NCBI GenBank assembly: GCA_037146995.1
Contig: JBAWWA010000006.1
Span: 15,031-79,030, forward strand
DNA: 64,000 bases
Direction of reading: 5' to 3'
DNA from: a bacterium
GTDB lineage: Bacteria; Patescibacteriota; Patescibacteriia; Patescibacteriales; GWE2-39-37
This document shows, one piece after another, positions 28,306-35,750 of the stretch; position 1 is the stretch's first letter; each line of letters starts with the position of its first letter. Position numbers and translations under genes: made by a program. The notes beneath the pieces were generated by a model, which saw only the letters and a program-made list of their open reading frames with translations, had not been told where the DNA came from and made no database searches.

Positions 28306-30114
28306 ATGAATATCAGAAATGTAGCTATTATCGCCCATGTAGACCATGGCAAAACCACTTTAGTTGATGCTTTGTTGCGTAGTGCTAAGGTAACTTTAAA
28401 TAAAGAACAGGCCTCTGGTGACTTGATCATGGATTCCAATGAGCTTGAACGTGAGCGTGGTATTACCATTTTCTCTAAAAATGCCTCAGTTGTTTATAAC
28501 GATTTGAAGATTAATATTATTGATACTCCCGGTCATGCTGATTTCGGCGGTGAGGTGGAGCGCGTTTTGTCGATGGCCGATGGTTGTTTGTTATTAGTAG
28601 ATGCCAAAGAGGGACCAATGCCACAAACTAGATTTGTTTTAAAAAAGGCGCTTGAAATGAAACACAAGGTGATTGTGGTTATTAATAAAATCGACAAACC
28701 CGATGCTCGTCCGCAGTACGTATTGGACAAGACTTTTGATTTGTTTTTAGAGTTGGGAGCCGATGATGAAACGGCAGAATTTCCGGTTATCTACGCCTCT
28801 GCTAAAAATGCCCTAGCTGGTCTTGAGCCAACTCTTGAATCAATGACCGACATTACTCCTATTTTTGAATTGATTGAAAAAGAAATTCCTGAACCAAAGA
28901 TGGACGCCTCAAAACCGCTTCAGTTAATGGTTACAACCGTCGCTGCTGATAATTATAAAGGCAGAATTGCTATCGGTCGCATTTTAGCTGGTACTATCAA
29001 AGCAGCGCAGGAAGTGATTCATTTTAATCGTGAAGGCTTGCAAAAGAAGTGTCGCATCTCTTCGCTTATGACTTTTGCTGGCTTGGGTCGTGTTGAAGCG
29101 ACTGAAGCTTTTGCAGGTGACATTGTGGCTATTGCCGGTATTTCTGATGTGACCATTGGGGAAACAATCGCTGACTTAGTTGACCCAGTCCAATTGCCGT
29201 TATTATCTATTGAGGAGCCAACCGTCAAAATGACATTTAGTGTTAATGATTCACCCTTTGCTGGTAAAGAAGGTAAATTTACAACTTCACGTCAAATTCA
29301 GGAGCGTCTAGCTAAAGAACTTGAGACTGATATGGCGATGAAAATCGACATGTCTGAAGGTACAAGCTGGGTAGTGTCTGGTCGTGGTGAACTTCATTTA
29401 GCCATTTTGCTCGAACGTATGCGTCGCGAAGGTTTCGAAATTCAGGTTTCTCGGCCTCAGGTGGTAGAAAAGATGATTGACGGCAAAAAGCAAGTACCTT
29501 TCGAGCGCGCCTTTATTGAGGTGCCAGAAGAATACTCTGGTTCAGTGATTCAGAAGCTAGGTAGTCGCAATGGCTTGATGTTAGAGATGCGTCTCGAATC
29601 TGGCACGGCCTTTTTGGAATTCGTTATCCCGACTCGTGGCTTGTTTGGTTATCGCGCTGAGTTTTTGGTTGATACGCGCGGACTAGGTATTATGAATACG
29701 ATGTTTGAAAAATTCGATACTGATCCAGGTAATTGGAAAGAGCGTGACCAGGGGTCACTCGTCGCTCATGAGACTGGCGCCTCAAATCTTTATGGTTTGA
29801 CCAATGTTCAGGACCGTGGAGTTTTATTTATCGGTCCGGCCGTGCAAGTTTACAAAGGCCAGGTTATTGGTCAGCATCAACGTCCTGGAGATTTGCGCGT
29901 TAACGTTTGTAAAGCTAAGGAACTTTCAAATATGCGCTCTAAGGGCGATGGTCCTGCCGAACATTTTAATCAACCAAAGCTCATGGAACTAGAAGATGCT
30001 TTGGAATATATTGGTGATGATGAATTGGTAGAAATTACGCCAATCAATGTCCGTATTCGCAAGATGATTCTTGACGAACAAGATGCAAGACGAAAAGCTC
30101 TAGGTATAAAATAA
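28306..30114 (+). CDS. typA: translational GTPase TypA/BipA
   Basis: G1 AHVDHGKTT, G3 DTPGHADFGGE, G4 NKID. 602 aa with EF-G-like domains and the TypA C-terminal domain. Confidence 0.95.
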   Translation: MNIRNVAIIAHVDHGKTTLVDALLRSAKVTLNKEQASGDLIMDSNELERERGITIFSKNASVVYNDLKINIIDTPGHADFGGEVERVLSMADGCLLLVDAKEGPMPQTRFVLKKALEMKHKVIVVINKIDKPDARPQYVLDKTFDLFLELGADDETAEFPVIYASAKNALAGLEPTLESMTDITPIFELIEKEIPEPKMDASKPLQLMVTTVAADNYKGRIAIGRILAGTIKAAQEVIHFNREGLQKKCRISSLMTFAGLGRVEATEAFAGDIVAIAGISDVTIGETIADLVDPVQLPLLSIEEPTVKMTFSVNDSPFAGKEGKFTTSRQIQERLAKELETDMAMKIDMSEGTSWVVSGRGELHLAILLERMRREGFEIQVSRPQVVEKMIDGKKQVPFERAFIEVPEEYSGSVIQKLGSRNGLMLEMRLESGTAFLEFVIPTRGLFGYRAEFLVDTRGLGIMNTMFEKFDTDPGNWKERDQGSLVAHETGASNLYGLTNVQDRGVLFIGPAVQVYKGQVIGQHQRPGDLRVNVCKAKELSNMRSKGDGPAEHFNQPKLMELEDALEYIGDDELVEITPINVRIRKMILDEQDARRKALGIK

Positions 30115-30132
30115 ACTATACGGAGGTGCAGC

Positions 30133-30351
30133 TTGGATAAAAATCCCGAAAAGTTTAGAGATTTGTGGTGGTTACTAGGAATTTCTTTGTGTATTTTTTT
30201 GGTTGGTCCGTTGTATCACGAAATTTTTCAGTTTAGCATTAGCTCCTGGCCACTCACTATTGGTGGTGCTAGTTTAGCCTTTTGCCTATTACTTTTTGGT
30301 TTTTTTATTAAAGAGATTATTTTGTCGATTTTAGAGAAAAGTAAAAAGTGA
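30133..30351 (+). CDS. small two-TM membrane protein
   Basis: 72-aa ORF from TTG, preceded by one of the few clear Shine-Dalgarno sites in the window (GGAGG, 6 nt upstream). Two hydrophobic helices. Confidence 0.5.
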   Translation: MDKNPEKFRDLWWLLGISLCIFLVGPLYHEIFQFSISSWPLTIGGASLAFCLLLFGFFIKEIILSILEKSKK

Positions 30352-30362
30352 GAAAAAATTTT

Positions 30363-30388
30363 AACCCCCTTCATTAAGGGGGTTTTTA
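30363..30388 (+). terminator. rho-independent terminator
   Basis: AACCCCCTT-CATT-AAGGGGGTT followed by TTT. Confidence 0.75.
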
Positions 30389-30485
30389 TTTATTATTGAA
30401 TTGTCTTATTCTCAAATCGAGCTCTGATGTTGTTAGTTTTTAGAATTGTATGAGGGTGCATTGTCTACACCAACCTATCTCATTG

Positions 30486-30494
30486 TGTTATAAT
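30486..30494 (+). promoter_or_regulatory. extended -10 promoter element giving a leaderless mRNA for ORF 30501
   Basis: TGtTATAAT, then 6 nt (TAAAAA) to the ATG at 30501. No SD and no good -35. Confidence 0.45.
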
Positions 30495-30500
30495 TAAAAA

Positions 30501-30990
30501 ATGCAAAAACAAGTTTTTAAATTAATATTTTTGATATCTCTCTTTTTAATTTTGCCTAATCTTACTCAAGCTGCACCCATTCCAGTACTAAATTTCTCGG
30601 ACATTGATTCAGGTCCAAAAGTCGGCAACACAGACGGAGTCGGATCGGGCGCTATTGTAACTATCTGGGGTAATTATCTTGGATCGGCAACGGGAACCTC
30701 AAAAGTCTATGTTGGCAATGTCGAGGCCACTGCTATTTATTATTGGAAAAATGCTGATGGTCAACTGCCGGGAGGACCAGCTGAACTTTACAGTTATCAT
30801 AAGATGCAAGAGATTGCTTTTGCCATTCCAGCTAGCGCACCAGATGGCTTGACTACTATTAAAGTTGTGGTTAATGGCATTGAAACCAACACACTGCCTT
30901 TTACGGTTAGATCTGGAAATATATATTTCATCAAAGCTGGAGGCAATGACACCACCGGCAATGGCAGTTGGGGAAATGCCTGGGCGACGT
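30501..30990 (+). repeat. direct repeat copy 1 (5' region of beta-helix paralogs)
   Basis: About 480-490 nt align colinearly with 35261-35750. By eye roughly nine of ten positions are identical (not computed). Confidence 0.8.
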
Positions 30991-32291
30991 TGCAGTCAAC
31001 GTTTATCGGCGGAAATAATAAACTTACAGCAGGTGACATTGTTTATAGTGTTGGGGTTGGTACAAATGTTGGTCTTGAGATCGGTAAAAATCTTGGAATT
31101 AATGGTACTTTGGCACAGCCAATTTCGATCGCTCAATATCCTGGAACTAAAATTAATATTTCTGGCAACACTAACATTGCCAATACTATTTACTATTATA
31201 ATACTAATGAATTTTGGAATTGGTCAAAAATTTCTGTTACCACAACAGTTTCAGCTTTTGCGTTGTCTAGAAAAAATCGAATTGTTGGCGTAGAAATAAC
31301 TGGGCCGACGGTTTATGGGGGTTATTCTGGTGCCCTGGGTGGTGGGTGTAATGGCGATATAAATTGTTTTGGAACTGAGGGGGGCAAATACTTAGGTTTG
31401 TACATTCATAATTATGGAACTGATAATGGTGTTCCGTCAATTGGTAATATTGGAACTGATCCTTCAACTTGTCCGTATTCAAACCCTGCCTGTAAAAGCA
31501 CGTGGGATCGCTTTCAGCATCTTTTTTATATTTCTAATCGGTCTGGTGGGCCACGAGAAGCCTATGAAATTGGCTGGAATAATTTAATAGATAATCCAAT
31601 TGCACCAGGTATTCATATTTATGATCAGAGTCCTTGTGGTGATTGGACTGGTACAATGGAAATTCATAATAATGTTATTAAGAATCAGCGTGGCTCAGCA
31701 ATTAATGTTGATTTGAGCAATTGCACGCCACGACTTTTGGTTCCATTTAGGATATATAATAATATCATAATTAATGATGCAACTGTTGCTTATGGTGGAA
31801 GGGGTATCACTATAATCGCCCCTGGTAGGGCGGAAACTCCCTTGGATCAAATTCAGGTTTACAATAATACTGTTTATGGTCAAATTCAGTCCAGTAATTT
31901 TGTCAATTTTCCAACTAATCAAGTTTTTAAAAATAATATCTTTGTGGATACACAAAATGTTGATTTTTTTGAGCAATATGGAGGAAGTCCTTTAGTCAGT
32001 TCAAATAATTTATTTTATAGTTTGTTTGCCAAGGCAGCACCATCTTGGACTGGCACTGGATCAATTATGGCTAATCCGCTTTTTATTGATGCTGCAAATT
32101 TTGACTTTCCCTTGCAGCCAACAAGTCCAGCAAAAACTGCTGGCTCAGATGCTACGCTTGCAGTGGCGCCCACTGATTTCTATGGTCAATCACGCCCAGC
32201 TGGTAGTGTCAGTATGGGTGCGATTCAATATGTTTCAGCTGTGGTTGACACTATTGCTCCTGCTGCACCAACTGGTCTTGACGTAATATGA
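30501..32291 (+). CDS. secreted IPT/TIG + right-handed parallel beta-helix protein (short paralog)
   Basis: Signal peptide ...FLILPNLTQA/AP. Ig-like IPT segment (AIVTIWGNYLG...VYVGNVEA...TTIKVVVNGIETNTLPFTV). N-rich beta-helix turns (IHNNVIKN, IYNNIIIND, VYNNTVYG, FKNNIFVD). C-terminal cap NPLFIDAANFDFPLQPTSPAKTAG...FYGQSRP...MGAIQY. Tail APAAPTGLDVI-stop. Confidence 0.7.
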   Translation: MQKQVFKLIFLISLFLILPNLTQAAPIPVLNFSDIDSGPKVGNTDGVGSGAIVTIWGNYLGSATGTSKVYVGNVEATAIYYWKNADGQLPGGPAELYSYHKMQEIAFAIPASAPDGLTTIKVVVNGIETNTLPFTVRSGNIYFIKAGGNDTTGNGSWGNAWATLQSTFIGGNNKLTAGDIVYSVGVGTNVGLEIGKNLGINGTLAQPISIAQYPGTKINISGNTNIANTIYYYNTNEFWNWSKISVTTTVSAFALSRKNRIVGVEITGPTVYGGYSGALGGGCNGDINCFGTEGGKYLGLYIHNYGTDNGVPSIGNIGTDPSTCPYSNPACKSTWDRFQHLFYISNRSGGPREAYEIGWNNLIDNPIAPGIHIYDQSPCGDWTGTMEIHNNVIKNQRGSAINVDLSNCTPRLLVPFRIYNNIIINDATVAYGGRGITIIAPGRAETPLDQIQVYNNTVYGQIQSSNFVNFPTNQVFKNNIFVDTQNVDFFEQYGGSPLVSSNNLFYSLFAKAAPSWTGTGSIMANPLFIDAANFDFPLQPTSPAKTAGSDATLAVAPTDFYGQSRPAGSVSMGAIQYVSAVVDTIAPAAPTGLDVI

Positions 32292-32298
32292 TATAAAA

Positions 32299-35253
32299 AT
32301 GGAAAATAAAATTCTAAAAATATTTTTACTACTTTTTTTCTTTTTAATCCTGCCTAATTTTACACAAGCAGCCTTAAGTGTCCCGCTTACCATTCAAGAA
32401 ACACTTCCTGCTGGAGTTACTGGCTTAGATAGAGCTAGTGAAAATTTTTCATCTGGAATTCCCTTGGCGCAGGATAGTGGAATTACCAATGTCAATCAGC
32501 TTGGACTCACGAATTCAACAGCTGCTCAATTTAGAGCCCTGGCTTGGTGGCCAAACGGAAATATTAAATGGGTTTTAGTCGATGGGCAATCTTCAATATC
32601 AGCTGGAGGTACAGACACAACAAAAGCCTTGACGGATGGCACAGGAAACTTTGGAGGATCAGATTTGGCAACCGACAATGGTGCAAATATTTCAATTAAT
32701 ACTGGAAATGCTCAATTTGTCATTAGAAAATCGGGCTTCAATATTTTTGATAATGTGGTTGTTGATGGACAGGAATTAGTAATAAGTGGAAACGCTGGCA
32801 GAATTTCTGCAGTGGGTCTGGATGGTTTAACTTATACGTCAATAAATGATGCGCATACTCAAGTTGCGATTGAAGAAAATGGTCCAGTTAGGTCTGTAAT
32901 TAAGGTGATGGGTGCACTTGAGAATTCTTCCAATGCGAGATTAATGGATTATACTTTGAGAATTCACTTCTATAAAGATAGTTCAAAAGTTAAAAGTTTT
33001 GTCACACTTAGAAATGCCAGTGCTGTTGCTAAAACAGACGTGGCTTTCAATAACCTTGAAGTTGTCGTTCCACTTTCATTGTCGGGACAAAAAACTGTTT
33101 TATTTTCTCGTAAAACAGATACTATTTCGCGCACGCTTGGAACTGGTGAAAGTGCTTACATGTATCAGGGATATAATACTACAGTGCCAGTGATTAATAA
33201 TTTGGATTGTTATTATTGGCATATTCCAATTCCTGGGACTTGTAATGGATCAACATTGACTCCAGACATAAATTATCTTGGCATGGCGATTAAGGTGGGA
33301 AATGAATGGGTAAATAGTGTTGGGACGACCACGGACTCCACACAAGGGTTTGCTGATATGAGTATCGGTGGACGAGGAATTTCAGTTGCAAGAAAGTGGA
33401 TGTCAGCCTATTGGCCTGCTGGTTTCGAATTTAATGATAATGGTGAGACAAGTATTGAAATTTATTCCAAGAACAATGGGGCTGAAAAAGTTGGACTGGG
33501 TTTTGGTCGTCATTTTTCGAGTGAAATTATGTGGGATTTTCACGTGACATCTTCTGATGGTAAGAGTGCGCTCTATGCTTTGCAATACCCCTTACTCGCT
33601 CGTGCAAATCTCGATTATTATGGAGCAACTAAAAGTATTTTTGGGCAAGATGAATTTGTGAGCGAAGCGCAACAAAACACTTTTTTCACAAATTTACATG
33701 TTGGTCATGCTGCGCCAACATATTTGATTAATCCAAGCATGCAGGTGATCAGATCGTGGCAATGGGATAACACAGGTGGTGCTAATCAAACTGACACACC
33801 CTTGCAATGGTTGACTGACTATTTGCGCACTGGAAGGGGTGGATTTTTTCAACTTGGATCACAACGAACTGTTTGGACTATGGAGAATGCTATCGGTATA
33901 GCTGATGATTATGTTGGTTTTTATCATTTAGATGCCAGTATTCTTCATCCTTTTGACAATACGAGTAATTACCCGGCATTTCCTGGTGGGACAATGAGCA
34001 GGATAAAAACCGGTTTTGCTGACACTGAGCATGCGAATTTTAGCTCAATACCATTTTATTATTTTTTAACAGGCGATGAGAATATTAAAGAAGGCTATCT
34101 GAAAGCGGGGGAGCGTTGGAAAAAAGCCAATGACATGGGCTATTATGCTGTGCCAAATATAAACACACCACTTCGACCAATAGGAAAGCAATTTCGCAAT
34201 ATGGCCTTGGCCTATGAATTTTCATGTCAAATTGGTGCGTGTAATAATTCTTGGAAAACCACAATTGAAAATGCGTTAACGACTTTTTTGGACATGCGAG
34301 ATAATCCGTCTCAGGGATGGGGAACTGACGGAACTCCAGTTGGTAGAAATATGGAAAGAGGTTATGTTTGGTGGGACAAGGCTGTTGGAAGTCAGGGTCA
34401 GACCTCCACGCCATCAACCAGACTTATTCATGAGTTTTATCAGACGCAGATTCTAACCGAGTGTATGTATCAGGTTTGGCGAGTTATGCGAGATACAGAC
34501 TGGAATTACAGTAAAATGCTTTACTTTCAAGATTTTCTAACTGGCCTTTCTCAATTTATTTTTAATGAATTTGCTCAGCCAGTAACAGATAGCGGTCCAC
34601 CAGCTGCTTTTTATGGCTATCCAGTTGATTATCAATGGGCATTCTACAAGGAATACGCCATCGATCAATTGCAATCAACTATAAACCCCTTAAATGCTGC
34701 AGATAAAATACGCATGAGTGTGCATGACGTTTCACGTGCTGCGCGCTGGGGCTATGAGCATACTGGCGATTCTTCTATTTTGGATAAGGGCAATTCTTTT
34801 CTTTGGGGTATTCAATCTGAAACTGGTTGCACAGCTTATCCTTCAGAATTACAAGATCAGACACTGATGTATGCATATTTTAATAAAGCAACAATTCCAA
34901 CATGGCAAACTATTGTCCCCAATGTTGTTGACAATGGGGGTGGATCGTATACATTAAATTGGACCGTTCCTGCTGGCGCAAAAGAATATCAAATAAAATA
35001 CGCAGACAAACCAATTGTCGAGTGGCTTGGTTTTGACAAAAACACTAGGGCATATCAATATGATCCTGCAAATTACACAGCATTTTTTGCTGCTAACAAT
35101 ATTACAAATAATCCAGTGCCAGTTACTGCTGGAACAGTCCAGAGTATAACACTTACGGGATTGCCAAGTAATCAGAATTTTTCCATGAAGTTCTTGTCTG
35201 ACATTCCAGATATTATTGCTCCAAATGCACCAAATGGTTTGAGCGTGATATAA
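32299..35253 (+). CDS. secreted 984-aa protein of unknown function (possibly polysaccharide-active; unassigned)
   Basis: Signal peptide ...FLILPNFTQA/AL, related to those of its neighbours. W/Y-rich central region. FN3-like C-terminal part (YTLNWTVPAGAKEYQIKY). Tail APNAPNGLSVI-stop. 7-nt gaps on both sides. Confidence 0.65.
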   Translation: MENKILKIFLLLFFFLILPNFTQAALSVPLTIQETLPAGVTGLDRASENFSSGIPLAQDSGITNVNQLGLTNSTAAQFRALAWWPNGNIKWVLVDGQSSISAGGTDTTKALTDGTGNFGGSDLATDNGANISINTGNAQFVIRKSGFNIFDNVVVDGQELVISGNAGRISAVGLDGLTYTSINDAHTQVAIEENGPVRSVIKVMGALENSSNARLMDYTLRIHFYKDSSKVKSFVTLRNASAVAKTDVAFNNLEVVVPLSLSGQKTVLFSRKTDTISRTLGTGESAYMYQGYNTTVPVINNLDCYYWHIPIPGTCNGSTLTPDINYLGMAIKVGNEWVNSVGTTTDSTQGFADMSIGGRGISVARKWMSAYWPAGFEFNDNGETSIEIYSKNNGAEKVGLGFGRHFSSEIMWDFHVTSSDGKSALYALQYPLLARANLDYYGATKSIFGQDEFVSEAQQNTFFTNLHVGHAAPTYLINPSMQVIRSWQWDNTGGANQTDTPLQWLTDYLRTGRGGFFQLGSQRTVWTMENAIGIADDYVGFYHLDASILHPFDNTSNYPAFPGGTMSRIKTGFADTEHANFSSIPFYYFLTGDENIKEGYLKAGERWKKANDMGYYAVPNINTPLRPIGKQFRNMALAYEFSCQIGACNNSWKTTIENALTTFLDMRDNPSQGWGTDGTPVGRNMERGYVWWDKAVGSQGQTSTPSTRLIHEFYQTQILTECMYQVWRVMRDTDWNYSKMLYFQDFLTGLSQFIFNEFAQPVTDSGPPAAFYGYPVDYQWAFYKEYAIDQLQSTINPLNAADKIRMSVHDVSRAARWGYEHTGDSSILDKGNSFLWGIQSETGCTAYPSELQDQTLMYAYFNKATIPTWQTIVPNVVDNGGGSYTLNWTVPAGAKEYQIKYADKPIVEWLGFDKNTRAYQYDPANYTAFFAANNITNNPVPVTAGTVQSITLTGLPSNQNFSMKFLSDIPDIIAPNAPNGLSVI

Positions 35254-35260
35254 TATATAA

Positions 35261-35750
35261 ATGCAAAAACAAGTCTTAAAATTAATACTTTTCCTATCAT
35301 TCTTTTTAATCTTGCCTAATCTTACTCAAGCTGCACCCATTCCAGTATTAAATTTCTCCGACATTGAATCAGGTCCAAAAGTCGGCAACACAGATGGAGT
35401 TGGGTCAGGAGCTATTGTAACCATTTGGGGAAATTATCTTGGATCAGCAACGGGAGCTTCAAAAGTCTATGTTGGCAATGTTGAAGCAACTGCTATTTAT
35501 TATTGGAAAAATGCTGATGGTCAACTTCCATCTGGTCCAGCAGACCTATATTCATCCCACAAAATGCAAGAGATTGCTTTTGCCATTCCAGCCACTGCAC
35601 CAGATGGCTTAACCACCATTAAAGTTGTGGTTAATGGCATTGAAACTAACGCACTACCTTTTACGGTGAGAGCTGGAAACATTTATTTCATCAAAGCTGG
35701 AGGCAATGACACCACCGGCAATGGCAGTTGGGGAAATGCGTGGGGGGCGT
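35261..35750 (+). repeat. direct repeat copy 2 (5' region of beta-helix paralogs)
   Basis: See copy 1. The two copies flank the 984-aa gene, 4.76 kb apart. Confidence 0.8.

Noticed and set aside
26435-28349. Genomic island bounded by the typA 5' direct repeat
   Set aside because: The two repeat copies are only 102 nt apart (28204 and 28306). They therefore do not bracket the TA pair or the membrane-protein gene, and no integrase is present.
32289-32300. Stop-codon readthrough or alternative genetic code (UGA as sense, as in some CPR lineages) fusing the three secreted genes
   Set aside because: Only the first junction uses TGA, and reading through it hits TAA six codons later. The others end in TAA. 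GyrA, FtsH, TypA and FtsK are full length under the standard code. Each downstream gene has its own signal peptide.
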